Source of the DNA: Armatimonadota bacterium
GTDB lineage: Bacteria; Armatimonadota; SYMT01
DNA: 64,000 nt
NCBI GenBank assembly: GCA_041690135.1
Contig: JAWLHY010000016.1
Span: 64,001-128,000 of the forward strand
Direction of reading: 5' to 3'
In this document: in pieces, positions 10,510 to 20,838 of the stretch
Layout of the letters: every line of letters begins with the position of its first letter
Position numbering within the stretch: position 1 is the first letter of the stretch
Made by a program: the position numbers and the translations under genes
The notes under the pieces: model-generated
Told to the model about the DNA's origin: nothing
Databases searched by the model: none
The model's input: only the letters and a program-made list of their open reading frames with translations

Positions 10510-10684
10510 CCGACCTACTCCCCATTGCATCCAAGCCTGCGGGGCCACAATGGGCCCGCAGGCTTGGACAAAGCGAGCAATCCAGGGAGTCGTTGGGCGC
10601 GGTGCGGGCGTCCTTCCTGCCGGTTGAAGGGGAGATTCGTCCCGATAAGGACATTTAGAGCGGGACAAATCTCCCTTGCACGCG

Positions 10685-12157
10685 TTACGCCACGATCTTC
10701 TCGATCACCTTCCCACCGAAATCGGTGAGACGCTCGTTCCGTCCGTTGTGGAGGACGGTCAGGCGAAGATGGTCGAGGCCCAGCAGGTGAAGCATGGTGG
10801 CATGGATATCGCGAGGATGAACCGGGTCTTCCACCGCGCGATAGCCGATCTCGTCGGTGGCGCCGAACACCGTTCCCCCTTTGATCCCGCCGCCGGCCAT
10901 CCACATGGTGAAGCCGTAGGGGTTATGGTCGCGACCCTTGCCATTTTGTGTAACGGGGGTTCGGCCGAACTCCCCGCCCCAAACCACGAGCGTGCTATCC
11001 AGCAGCCCCCGCCGCTTCAAATCCTTCAGCAAAGCGGCAATGGGCTTGTCGGTCCAGCGACACATCCTCTCGTGGTTCTCCACCATGTTGTCGTGCGCGT
11101 CCCACTGCGCGCTCAGCGGGCCACCGCCGGAGTATAGCTGCACGAACCGCACCCCCCGCTCGACCAGCCGCCGTGCAAGGAGACAGCGCGTGCCGAACTC
11201 CGCAGTGGAAGCGTGGTCGAGCCCGTAGTGAGAGCGGGTCTCCGGGGTTTCTTTGGTGATGTCTACTGCTTCCGGGGCGTGCTGCTGCATCCGGTACGCC
11301 AGCTCGTACGCCGCGATGCGGGCCGAAAGCTCGGTCCCCCCATCGTCGGCCGCCATCCCGTTGACCTCGCGAAGGTAATCGAAGATACGACGCTGCTGCC
11401 TCTCGGTGATGTCGGCGGGAGGCTTGAGATGGAGAATGGGTGCGCTGCCGTTGCGGAGCACCGTTCCCTGGTACACAGCCGGGAGATAAGCCGACTCCCA
11501 CATCGGCGCACCTCCTTCGGGAAGTCCCTGCGGCTGGGTGAGCACGCAATAGGCCGGCAGGTTCTGGCTCACGGTACCGAGCCCATACGTTACCCAGCTT
11601 CCCAGAGAGGGGTGCCCGGCCAGGGTGCGTCCGGACATCATCTGGTACATCGCCGGGGCGTGGACGAAGCTCTCGCTGTGCACCGACCGGATGATGGCCA
11701 TATCGTCGACGCATTCGGAGAGATTGGGATAGAGATCGGACACCTCGATGCCGGACTTGCCATACTTGCGGAACTTCCACTGGCTCCGCATGAGGGGGGT
11801 CCCGGCCTTGATGAACTGGCTCTTGATCTCTCCGAAGCTGGAAGGGAGCTGCTGGCCGTCCAGGCGGTCCAACTCCGGCTTGGGGTCGAACGTCTCGATG
11901 TGGCTCGGCCCCCCCACCATAAACAGGAAGATCACCGCCTTCGCCCTGGGCTTGAAGTGGGGATCCCGCGGCGCCAGCGCGTTGAGGGTGGGAGCGGCTC
12001 CCCCACCTGCTCCAGCTGCCTCCTCCGCCAGCAATGCCGAGAGAGCGAGCGCGCCGAAGCCGCCACCGGCCCGAAAGAGCAGGTCGCGGCGCGTGCCGAC
12101 CGTCGGGAGGTGCGGGGTCTTGCTCACCATATGTGCTCTATCTTCCATCTCATTCAA
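10685..12157 (-). CDS. DUF1501 domain protein (Tat-type leader)
   Basis: TRRDLL leader; [47 protein letters not shown]. Confidence 0.92.
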   Translation of the reverse strand: MNEMEDRAHMVSKTPHLPTVGTRRDLLFRAGGGFGALALSALLAEEAAGAGGGAAPTLNALAPRDPHFKPRAKAVIFLFMVGGPSHIETFDPKPELDRLDGQQLPSSFGEIKSQFIKAGTPLMRSQWKFRKYGKSGIEVSDLYPNLSECVDDMAIIRSVHSESFVHAPAMYQMMSGRTLAGHPSLGSWVTYGLGTVSQNLPAYCVLTQPQGLPEGGAPMWESAYLPAVYQGTVLRNGSAPILHLKPPADITERQQRRIFDYLREVNGMAADDGGTELSARIAAYELAYRMQQHAPEAVDITKETPETRSHYGLDHASTAEFGTRCLLARRLVERGVRFVQLYSGGGPLSAQWDAHDNMVENHERMCRWTDKPIAALLKDLKRRGLLDSTLVVWGGEFGRTPVTQNGKGRDHNPYGFTMWMAGGGIKGGTVFGATDEIGYRAVEDPVHPRDIHATMLHLLGLDHLRLTVLHNGRNERLTDFGGKVIEKIVA

Positions 12158-12406
12158 TTCTTCCGCCCCAGAGTGGGCGTAACCTCAACCAGTTGGCCGC
12201 AATCAATAACTCCTGCCCGCAGGGAGGCTTCAAGCTCTGAGGGGCGCGTGCAAGTGACTGGACAGGTACGGATCCCCACAGGGGCCGACACCCGCTCCCG
12301 CGGGTACCCGGCGCCGTCACTCCGGCAAGGCTTGCAGACCTGAGTGGAGAATCAGGCTCGTGCCCAGTGGTCGAAATCTGTTCAGTTACTTCCCCCATCC
12401 CCTCGG

Positions 12407-12443
12407 CCTTCAACTTTGAACTTTCAACTTTGAACCTTCAACT
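12407..12443. repeat. Heptamer tandem array (CYTTSAA x5)
   Basis: ccttcaa ctttgaa ctttcaa ctttgaa ccttcaa, abutting the stop codon of the DUF1553 gene. Confidence 0.8.
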
Positions 12444-15250
12444 CACCTCACGTACACGAACTCGTTGAGGTTGAGGACCGCCAGCGACAGGTCGGCCCAG
12501 GCCGCGGCTTCCACAGGGTCTATCTCCGTGGGTATTCCGTCCAGCCGGGCAATGGCAGCGCCGCGCTTCCGTCGCTCGCGCAAGATCTGCGCCTGGTCCG
12601 CAAGGAAACGCTCCGTGGCCGCTAATTCGCGAGGCTGGGGAGGGCGCGCCAGGGTGAGGGTGTAGAGGCGTTCAATCCGCCCACGGACATCGCCAGGTTC
12701 TTCTGTCAACACCCGGCGGGCCAGCGCCCGACTCTGGGCAGTCATGAACTCGCCGTTCATCAGGGTCAACGCCTGCAGCGCGTGGACGCTCTGGCCGCGC
12801 GCGCCGCACGAGCTCATCATGTCCGGAGCGTCGAACACCGCCAGCATCGGCAGCCGGACGTTCCGTTTCCGCAGCAGATAGAGGCTGCGACGCCGGTGCT
12901 GGTCTTCATCCGGCGTGACGGGCCACAGGTTGTCCGGCTCCCCCTCCGTGAAGATCTGGGCGTAGACCTCCGGCTCCAGCGGCACCCGGACCGCCGGGCC
13001 GCCCATGTCCGGGTTGAGCGTGCCCGCGGTGTGCAGGACCGCGTCGCGGATCGCCTCTCCGTCCAGCCGCCGCCGGTTCATACGCCAGAGCCACCGGTTA
13101 TCCGGATCGATCTCCGCCTTCTGCGGGTGGGAAGCGCTTGCCTGTTTGTAGGTGTTGCTGGTGACTAGCAGGTAGTGTAGCTTCTTGAGGGACCAACCCA
13201 TGCCTTCGGCGGGGCTGGGGGTTGGGGGCTTGGGGCTGGCCTGGATGAAGGATGAAGGATGAAGGATGAAGGATGAACCCGTGTACCCGGCGGTGGCAGC
13301 GGCAAACGGGGCCTTCACTCCCTTGTCCCCTTCCCCCTCGCCCCCTTGCGTTAAGTTGACCGTACCCGCGTTGGTGAACACGGATGCCAGATAGTCTAGC
13401 AACTCCGGATGGGTGGGCTTTTCGCCGTGGCGGCCGAAATCGTTGGGGGTGCCGACGAGACCGCGGCCGAAGTGATGCTGCCAGACGCGGTTGACGAGGA
13501 CGCGGGCCGTGAGGGGGTGGTCGGGACGAGTCAGCCAGGCAGCCAGTTGGGTACGGCGGCCTTCCTGTGCCGCACCGGCAGCCGTGGGGACGATTACGGC
13601 CGGGGTTCCCATGCCCGCGACCAGGGCCGTGGGAAAGCCCGGGTCCACTTTGGGGCCGGGAGTATGGAGATCCCCGCGGAGCAGCACGTGCGTGGGCGGC
13701 ACGGGGGAAAGCGTCTCCCCCACGCCCGGCGCCATTGGCAGCGGGGCCGGCGCATGGAGGTTCAGCGTGTGCATCTGCTTGCGAAGGTCCGCACGTCGCC
13801 GGCGGTCCTCCGGGGTAAGCGCGGCGACCAACTCATCCCAGGCGATGCCGAGCATCTTCTGGGCGTCGGTCGCCAGCCGCTTCTGATCGGCGGTGCGCAT
13901 TTTCTCCGGCGTATCGAGGGCAACTCGGTAAGCCGGCTCCAGTGCCTCGTACTTCAGTTTCCGCAGGCGTTCACGGTAAGGCTTTTCCAGGGCCCCTATC
14001 TCGGCCTGGATGGGACGGAGCCTGGCCTGGTGCGCGCGGACCGCCGCCGCATGCGCCTCCTTCTCCTCCGCCTGGTGCCGTTCGAAGTTCTGGTTGGCGG
14101 TGCCGGCGAAGAAGGCCTGGAGGCGGTAGAAGTCCTTCTGGGGGATCGGATCAAACTTGTGGTCGTGGCAGCGGGCGCAGTTGATTGTCAGTCCGAGGAC
14201 CCCCGCTCCCACGCCGGCCACCGCTTCCGTGAGCCATTCCTGGCGCTGTTCCGCCGGGTTGACGTTGCCGCCAAAGACATGCGCCGGGCCGGCACGGAGG
14301 AAGCCCGTCGCCACCCGGAGATCGAAATTTTCCGGATCGATCTCGTCTCCCGCGATCTGCTCCGTAATGAACCGGTTGTAAGGTTTGTCCTCATTCAGGC
14401 TGCGGACCACGTAGTCCCGATAGCGCCACGCCTGGGGACGGTCCGCATCCCCCTCGAATCCGTTGGTCTCCGCGAACCGGACCACGTCCAGCCAGTGCTG
14501 GGCCCAACGCTCGCCGTATCGAGGCGAATCGAGCAACCGGCGCACCACCCGGTCGTAGGCATCGGGGGCGCGGTCGTCCAGGAAGGCCCGCACCTCTTCC
14601 GGTGTGGGCGGGAGACCCGTCAGATCAAGGGTCAACCGTCGCAACAGCGTGGCGCGGTCGGCCGCCGGGGAGGGGCTGAGACCCTTCTTCTCCATCTCGG
14701 CAAGAACGAAGGCGTCGACCGGGTTCAGGACCCAGTTCCGGTATTTCACCTGCGGCACGGGAGGCTTCCGCGGCGGCACAAAGGACCAGTGTACGGTGCT
14801 CCCGCCTCCCTCCGCCCCCTTGATCCCGGAAGCGGGCCAGGGGGCGCCGGCATCGATCCAGGCGCGCAGGAGGGTGACTTCTGCCGGTGTGAGCGGCGGA
14901 GCACCGAGCGGCATGATCTTGCTGGGATCGCGAGAGGTGACCCGACGGATCAACTCGCTATCGTCACTCTTGCCGGGATGGAGGGCCGGCCCGGATGCGC
15001 CACCTTTGAGGATCGCCGCGCGCGAGTCGAGCCGGAGTTTCCCCTGGGCGCTCCCTTCCGTGTGGCAGGAGAAGCAGCGCGCCTTAAGGAGAGGCAGAAC
15101 CTGCTTCACGACGTCGACCCGCGCGGGGCTCGAAGCCTCGCCGGTCCGCCTCTCGCCATCCTGCGCCGGGGTACCCAGGCTTGCGGCGGAAACCGAGCCG
15201 GTGACCGCTGCCCCGAGTAGAACTATGGTCCAGTTTTTTACCCTACCCAT
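12443..15250 (-). CDS. Planctomycete cytochrome c + DUF1549 (PSCyt2) + DUF1553 (PSD1) protein
   Basis: CFSCH and CARCHDHKFDP heme motifs; HWSFVPP, GERWAQHWLDVVRFAET, HPLTARVLVNRVWQHHFGRG, RRRSLY. Confidence 0.93.
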   Translation of the reverse strand: MGRVKNWTIVLLGAAVTGSVSAASLGTPAQDGERRTGEASSPARVDVVKQVLPLLKARCFSCHTEGSAQGKLRLDSRAAILKGGASGPALHPGKSDDSELIRRVTSRDPSKIMPLGAPPLTPAEVTLLRAWIDAGAPWPASGIKGAEGGGSTVHWSFVPPRKPPVPQVKYRNWVLNPVDAFVLAEMEKKGLSPSPAADRATLLRRLTLDLTGLPPTPEEVRAFLDDRAPDAYDRVVRRLLDSPRYGERWAQHWLDVVRFAETNGFEGDADRPQAWRYRDYVVRSLNEDKPYNRFITEQIAGDEIDPENFDLRVATGFLRAGPAHVFGGNVNPAEQRQEWLTEAVAGVGAGVLGLTINCARCHDHKFDPIPQKDFYRLQAFFAGTANQNFERHQAEEKEAHAAAVRAHQARLRPIQAEIGALEKPYRERLRKLKYEALEPAYRVALDTPEKMRTADQKRLATDAQKMLGIAWDELVAALTPEDRRRRADLRKQMHTLNLHAPAPLPMAPGVGETLSPVPPTHVLLRGDLHTPGPKVDPGFPTALVAGMGTPAVIVPTAAGAAQEGRRTQLAAWLTRPDHPLTARVLVNRVWQHHFGRGLVGTPNDFGRHGEKPTHPELLDYLASVFTNAGTVNLTQGGEGEGDKGVKAPFAAATAGYTGSSFILHPSSFIQASPKPPTPSPAEGMGWSLKKLHYLLVTSNTYKQASASHPQKAEIDPDNRWLWRMNRRRLDGEAIRDAVLHTAGTLNPDMGGPAVRVPLEPEVYAQIFTEGEPDNLWPVTPDEDQHRRRSLYLLRKRNVRLPMLAVFDAPDMMSSCGARGQSVHALQALTLMNGEFMTAQSRALARRVLTEEPGDVRGRIERLYTLTLARPPQPRELAATERFLADQAQILRERRKRGAAIARLDGIPTEIDPVEAAAWADLSLAVLNLNEFVYVR
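13211..13348. repeat. Intragenic composite short-tandem-repeat block (GGGGCTG x4, GGATGAA x5, CCCTTGTC-like 8-mer x4)
   Basis: Read directly: 13211-13238, 13243-13277 (five perfect copies) and 13312-13348. Confidence 0.85.
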
Positions 15251-15675
15251 CCGGACTCATTTCTCCACACCAATATGGCAATTGTTCGATCCGAAGGCCT
15301 GATGGAACCGCCGGGTGCACGCCCGGCTCTACTCCTGACTGACTACCGATATGCATGCCAGGTGCTACCGCATAATCCGGGTCGGGGACTGCGACCGCGA
15401 CCCTGCCTACCGTCTCCCGTGATGCAATCCGGCTGCGTGGGTCCGATGGGACGCCCACCAAATACCTACCTTTGGACACGGCGCCCTATTGCGGGTTGCC
15501 GCCGGTTCCATTGTTATTCTGCGACGGGTGCCGAAACCGCCTCCCTGCGGGTGCCAATTGCACCTATTGCTGCAACCCGCAGCTTCCGCCATTCGTAACA
15601 AATCACGTATAGCACCGATAAAGATCAGCTATAGGAGAAATCATCTCCCCGGCTGTTACGACGGAACACAAGCTC

Positions 15676-16677
15676 ATGAAGCAGTTTACCGCAATAGTTA
15701 CCGCCTCCCTCGTGGGAGGCATCGGCATCGGCGTGGGCCAGGGCCTCGTCAACTTCCGAGACGTCCCCGTTGCGTGGGCACAGGCGGTCCCGATCCCCAG
15801 CGGCAACCAGGAGCAGACGGTTATCGAGGTGGTCAAGCAGGTACGGCCGGCCGTGGTTAGCGTGAAGCGCCAGGGCGGGTCCGGATCGGGCGTGATCATC
15901 CGCCACGACGGCCTGGTCATCACCAACGCGCACGTGGTAGGCCAGTCGAAAGAGGCGACGGTCAAGCTCGCCAACGGCAAAGAGTACCCGGCGCAGGTGC
16001 TGGGCGTGGACCCGGCCGTGGACGTCGCCGTGCTGAAGGTGTCGGCCACCGGTCTTCCCGTGGCGCCGTTCGCCGATTCGGACCGGCTGGACGTAGGCCA
16101 GACGGCCATCGCCATCGGTAACCCGCTCGGCCTGGAAGGCACCGTCACGACCGGAGTTGTCTCCGCCACAAACCGGCAGCGCAGCCCTGACGATTTCGTG
16201 GAGTTCATCCAGACGGATGCGGCCATCAACCCCGGCAATTCCGGCGGTCCGCTCCTCGACTCGCGCGGCCGGGTGATGGGGATCAACACCTGGATTATCG
16301 GCCGGGCCTCCGGTCTCGGGTTCGCGGTGCCGATCAACGTGGCGCGCGACGTGGCCAAGCAGGTGATGGAAACGGGTACCGTCCGCCGCGCGGTGCTCGG
16401 CATCCTGCCCAGCAGCGTCACTCCCGAGACGGCTGCGCGCCTGAACCAGCCGGTGAAGCGCGGCGCCGCCGTATCCGAAGTCACCAAGGACTCCCCCGCC
16501 GAGCGGGCCGGCCTGAAGACGGAAGACATCATCACCGCCGTGGACGGCGAAGCGGTAACGAGCGCCGGCGACCTCCGCCGTCTGCTCCGCCCGCACAAGC
16601 CGGGCGACGTAGTGACCCTGACGGTCCGCCGCGGCAGCGAGACGCTTTCCCTCAAGGTGAAGCTGGGCGAGGGCTAG
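15676..16677 (+). CDS. htrA: HtrA/DegP-family serine protease with one PDZ domain
   Basis: GSGVII, TNAHVV, DVAVLK, IQTDAAINPGNSGGPL; C-terminal PDZ. Confidence 0.93.
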   Translation: MKQFTAIVTASLVGGIGIGVGQGLVNFRDVPVAWAQAVPIPSGNQEQTVIEVVKQVRPAVVSVKRQGGSGSGVIIRHDGLVITNAHVVGQSKEATVKLANGKEYPAQVLGVDPAVDVAVLKVSATGLPVAPFADSDRLDVGQTAIAIGNPLGLEGTVTTGVVSATNRQRSPDDFVEFIQTDAAINPGNSGGPLLDSRGRVMGINTWIIGRASGLGFAVPINVARDVAKQVMETGTVRRAVLGILPSSVTPETAARLNQPVKRGAAVSEVTKDSPAERAGLKTEDIITAVDGEAVTSAGDLRRLLRPHKPGDVVTLTVRRGSETLSLKVKLGEG

Positions 16678-17061
16678 GGCTAGGGATCAACCACGAAGGC
16701 GGGAAGGACACAAAGAAGGCGTTAAGAAGCCCGAGGGGCATTGTTGAACCCTTGCTCTGAATCGATGCCTTGGCGGTCGGCGAATGTTCGTCTTCGTGGT
16801 ATCAACCTTTCCCCAGGAGGTCCGGCAGCATTGCTGCCGGACCTCTGTCCTGTGTGGTCGTTCGAGCCGTCAGCGATCCCCATGACCCGCCAGGCGATGG
16901 GCGGGGTGCGAGGGCTTGGATTGTTGCCGTGAGCCCGGCACTGGTGTGAAAGCCGGTACCTCCACGCTCCCCACTTTCAGATGCCTCCGAAGGAGGCAAG
17001 GGGACGGCTCTTTGAGAACATCTGCGTATCCGGAGCTCTCGCCCCCTCGTTATCGATTCCT

Positions 17062-18273
17062 ATGACCGAAACCGCCCGTTCCGAAGAAGAGGATCGTCCC
17101 CGGCCGGAGAAGCACGCTCCCGTGGTCGTCTCCTCCGGGTTGACCTACCGGGATCTCCAGCGCGCGATCTTTCTGGCGTTCAGCCTGTTCGTCGTCTGGC
17201 ACCTGGCCGAACCACTTACCACGCTGCTGCTGTTCTTCCTGCTCGTCTTCATCCTGGCGGCGGTGATGAACCCGATCGTCGTAGCACTACAGCGCCGGGG
17301 CGTGCCGCGCATTGCCAGCGCGGTGGGTGTGGCACTCCTGGTAGTGGTCGGCATGGTCCTGCTCAGTTGGATGATGTGGCAGCCGCTGTTGAGCGAATTG
17401 ACCCGGTTCGTGGGCACCTGGGACCAGAAGCAGCAGCAGTTGGAGGGCTATTATTACCAGTTCCGAAACCAATACCCGGAGTTGGCCGACCAACTGCCGC
17501 CCGCGAACGCCATCTTCCAGAACCTCTCACCGAGCATCGGACGGCTGGCCGGCATGTTGGGGCGCTACACCGTCAACGCGATGGTGGGCATCGGCTCGCT
17601 GTTTCTGCTCCTCATCCTGGTGATCTACGCGGTGGCTCAGCCCGCGCCGATGCTCGCGGGGCTCCTCACGGCTACCCCGGAGCGGTACCGCGAGCGGATG
17701 GACCGCGCCCTGCGCCGGATTCTGGAGCAATTGAAGAACTGGGCGTTCGGGTCGCTGGTCCTCGGGATCATCGTGGGGGTCGTCTCCGGAGTGGGCCTGC
17801 ACCTACTCGGGGTGCCTAACGCCCTGCTGTTCGGGATCATCGCGGGGATCGGCGAACTGATCCCGAACATCGGCCCCATCCTGTCCGCGGTTCCTCCCCT
17901 GCTGGTGGCGCTGGGTGTGGATCCCAAGCTGGCCATCGGGGTGGCGATCCTATTCATCGCGATCCAGCAGGTGGAGAACGCCGTGCTGGTACCGCGCGTG
18001 ATGGGCCAGATGCTTAACCTCCATCCGCTCTCCGTCATCTTCACGGTGATGGTGATGGGCGTGCTTTTTGGGCTCCTGGGGGCCGTAATGGCGGTACCCG
18101 TCTGCGCGATCGTTAAGGTCTGCTACGAGGAGTTCGTCATCGCACCGCAGGGCATCAACCCCGACAAGATGCTGGCGAGTGCCGATGACATCGTGGCCAA
18201 TGCGGCGACCCCCGGACCGGCCGTACCGAAACCCGTGGAAGAAGTGGAGCAAACAACCGACCGCCAACTGTAG
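17062..18273 (+). CDS. AI-2E family transporter
   Basis: Multiple TM helices; ELIPNIGPIL, IQQVENAVLVPRVMG, LHPL, GLLGAVMAVP. Confidence 0.92.
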   Translation: MTETARSEEEDRPRPEKHAPVVVSSGLTYRDLQRAIFLAFSLFVVWHLAEPLTTLLLFFLLVFILAAVMNPIVVALQRRGVPRIASAVGVALLVVVGMVLLSWMMWQPLLSELTRFVGTWDQKQQQLEGYYYQFRNQYPELADQLPPANAIFQNLSPSIGRLAGMLGRYTVNAMVGIGSLFLLLILVIYAVAQPAPMLAGLLTATPERYRERMDRALRRILEQLKNWAFGSLVLGIIVGVVSGVGLHLLGVPNALLFGIIAGIGELIPNIGPILSAVPPLLVALGVDPKLAIGVAILFIAIQQVENAVLVPRVMGQMLNLHPLSVIFTVMVMGVLFGLLGAVMAVPVCAIVKVCYEEFVIAPQGINPDKMLASADDIVANAATPGPAVPKPVEEVEQTTDRQL

Positions 18274-18358
18274 TATTTCATGAACTCGTGGGAACCCTGC
18301 CGGTGAGCAGAGGGTCCTCTCCCGTAAAGCCACCGCATCCAACGGGAGTGAGTTGTAT

Positions 18359-20620
18359 ATGGTAGGTCGGACGATCGATCGCTACACCCTGGTGGAGAAA
18401 CTGGGCGCCGGGGGGATGGGCGATGTCTATAAAGGACACCACACCTCACTCGACCAGTACCGGGCCATCAAGGTTTTGCCGGCACACCTGTCGCGCAACC
18501 CGGAACTGGTCGAGCGTTTCATGCGCGAGGCCCGGCGCTACGCCGGTTTGAGTCACCCCAACATCGTACGCGTGGAGCACGTGGGTGATCAGGACGGGAC
18601 CCTGTTCATGGTCCTGGACTACGTTCCCGGTGAGAGCCTGCGCGGGATCATCGACGACCGCGGCGCCGTCCCCCTCGATCGCGGAATCTCTATCGCTGTC
18701 CAGGTCTGCGAAGCCCTCGCACACGCGCACGAGCGGGGTATAATCCACCGTGATGTCAAACCCTCCAACGTGCTCATCGCGGCGGAGCGAGGCAGCGACC
18801 GGGTCGTGCTGACCGATTTCGGTATTGCGCGCGGCCTGGGACCGGAAGAGCCGGGTCTCACTGGCGCCGGAATCACCGTCGGGACGCCGGAGTACATGTC
18901 TCCGGAGCAGATTCGCGGCGAGCCGCTGGATGGCCGCAGCGACCTCTACTCGCTAGGGGTTGTGCTCTACGAGATGTTCACCGGAGAACTCCCCTTTGCG
19001 GCCCGCTCCAAGACCAACGTGAAGCGGATGCATCTGGAGAAGGCGCCGGACCCTCCGCATTTCCTGGTGCCCGACCTTCCGCACGCGCTCGAAGCGTTGA
19101 TACTGCGCGCTCTGGAGAAAGACCCGAACCGGCGGTACGCTTCCGCACAGGCGATGGTGGAAGCATTCTCCGCACTGCGGGCCGCGTCGCTGGACGAGAG
19201 TGCTCCTTCAGCACACTCCGGATCCGGCAGCTATGGATGGCCGCCGGTAGGGATCTCACCCGAACCTCCCGAAGACCCGGCCCCGTCGCGTGCGACCCTC
19301 TTCGCGCACACCCGGCGCCGCAGCGAGCGGGACACGTACGACGAACGGCCCACACCGGTGGAACAGGATACCCTGGGAGCGGCGGCCACCGTCGCCGGGG
19401 GCCAGTGGGGCCTCCCGCCGCGCGCCGACGCAGGAAACGCCCCAGCCTTCCGCCTACCGCGGATGCCGGCCTGGACCCACCGCCTTCCGCCGCTGCCGGC
19501 ATACGCACCCATTGCCGCAGGGGCTCTGCTGATCGGGCTAAGTGCCGGGCTGTTGCAGGCCCTCGGAACTGGGGCGGCCGCCGACCGCTTCGGCGCGGAG
19601 AAGCGAGTAGATCCGCGCACCGGCAAGGAGTTCGGCGTGGTGCTGGCACATGGCATTCCGTTATTCGTGCTCACCCGCCCCGAGGGCGACTTGTCGCCCG
19701 CACAGCGCGCCGAACGCACGGCCCACAAACTCACGGAGATGCTCCGGGGCAGGAACGGTAAAGCTCTGGGGCCGGAGATGGTGAGCGCCGTAGTCAATGG
19801 CCGCGGCGAGACCGTTCTCGCCCGGAAGGGCACCGCCGGGAAGGAACCCGATCCCGACGACGTGATTGTGACCGTGGAATCGGACACCGCCGATGCCTAT
19901 ACCGGTACGGACCGGGCCTCACTAGCTACCTGGTGGCGCGACATACTCCGAGATCACCTCCGGTTGGCCCAGGGAAAGCCGCCGGTGTCCACCTTCGAGA
20001 GCCAGCATGGCCGGATCCTGGACCGAGTCCACCAGGAGGTGGAGGATGAGCGGACCGGCGACTGGATTCCCGCGGGAGAGATCCGAAAGGCATTCGATGA
20101 CCTCTCCGAACCGCACCGGGAGGCGCTGCAGACCGCCTGGCGGACGGTGCCCAAGGCATGGACCCATGGAAACGTCGGGTTGCCCGTTCAGGCCGGCCTG
20201 GTCGCGGTGCCCCGCCAGAACGTTTCCGTTTCCGACGCAGACCCCGGGTATTCTGGGCGCAACGCCATCGACAACAACGGCTCCTCCGCATGGCAGGCGA
20301 AGCACGGCACTCGCTACCGGGGCTGTGGTCATTGGATCAAGGTCCACGTGCCGACCGGTTATCGGGTGGCGGAGGTGCACCTGCAAGAAGGCTCCCGCGC
20401 CCGCCCGCAGTTCCAGCTCCGTCTGAAGCAGGCCAAAGTGACTCTTTCGGACGGCTCGACGCATCGGATCTGGCGCGAGAGCCCTTCCGATCCCCTGCGG
20501 CTGACTATGCCCGGGCGAGCGACCCGTTGGGTCAAGATCGAAGCGGAACGGTACTTCCGGCATCCCAACCCTCACGACTCCCATCTCTATCTTTCGGAAG
20601 TGAAGCTGTGGGGGAGGTGA
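18359..20620 (+). CDS. Membrane Hanks-type Ser/Thr protein kinase with extracellular domains (C-terminal discoidin-like)
   Basis: LGAGGMGDVY, AIKVL, HRDVKPSN, DFGIAR, GTPEYMSPEQ; one TM helix; C-terminal NAIDNNGSSAW...WIKV...SEVKLWG. Confidence 0.92.
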   Translation: MVGRTIDRYTLVEKLGAGGMGDVYKGHHTSLDQYRAIKVLPAHLSRNPELVERFMREARRYAGLSHPNIVRVEHVGDQDGTLFMVLDYVPGESLRGIIDDRGAVPLDRGISIAVQVCEALAHAHERGIIHRDVKPSNVLIAAERGSDRVVLTDFGIARGLGPEEPGLTGAGITVGTPEYMSPEQIRGEPLDGRSDLYSLGVVLYEMFTGELPFAARSKTNVKRMHLEKAPDPPHFLVPDLPHALEALILRALEKDPNRRYASAQAMVEAFSALRAASLDESAPSAHSGSGSYGWPPVGISPEPPEDPAPSRATLFAHTRRRSERDTYDERPTPVEQDTLGAAATVAGGQWGLPPRADAGNAPAFRLPRMPAWTHRLPPLPAYAPIAAGALLIGLSAGLLQALGTGAAADRFGAEKRVDPRTGKEFGVVLAHGIPLFVLTRPEGDLSPAQRAERTAHKLTEMLRGRNGKALGPEMVSAVVNGRGETVLARKGTAGKEPDPDDVIVTVESDTADAYTGTDRASLATWWRDILRDHLRLAQGKPPVSTFESQHGRILDRVHQEVEDERTGDWIPAGEIRKAFDDLSEPHREALQTAWRTVPKAWTHGNVGLPVQAGLVAVPRQNVSVSDADPGYSGRNAIDNNGSSAWQAKHGTRYRGCGHWIKVHVPTGYRVAEVHLQEGSRARPQFQLRLKQAKVTLSDGSTHRIWRESPSDPLRLTMPGRATRWVKIEAERYFRHPNPHDSHLYLSEVKLWGR

Positions 20621-20622
20621 TC

Positions 20623-20670
20623 GTCAGGTGTTCGGGTCTTCGGGTGTTCAGGCGTTGGGGCATTCAGGCC
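20623..20670. repeat. Octamer tandem array (TTCRGGYG x6)
   Basis: gtcaggtg ttcgggtc ttcgggtg ttcaggcg ttggggca ttcaggcc, 2 nt after the kinase stop codon. Confidence 0.75.
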
Positions 20671-20838
20671 CCCCTGTGGGGCGTAACCGTTGGGTGGTCA
20701 GGCCCCCTGCGGGGGATCTCACCCAAGTCCCAGAACAACCCGATCGCGGGCAGTCCAACTGCCCGCGATCGAATTTCCTAACAGCATCGTTCGGGCGTTC
20801 AGGTCGCCGGGTTTGAGGAGTTGGGACGTCTTAATCCT

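Noticed and set aside
12150-12413. 87-aa ORF between the DUF1553 and DUF1501 genes
   Set aside because: Made up largely of REP-like palindromes and the heptamer array; probably non-coding.
13409-15220. Long antisense ORFs (this 603-aa one, also 5480..7048, 7008..8240, 20719..22095, 57652..58983)
   Set aside because: Typical stop-poor antisense shadows of real genes in high-GC DNA; no protein motifs.
12407-20670. Short arrays considered as CRISPR repeats
   Set aside because: Units are 7-9 nt with no unique spacers, and there are no cas genes.
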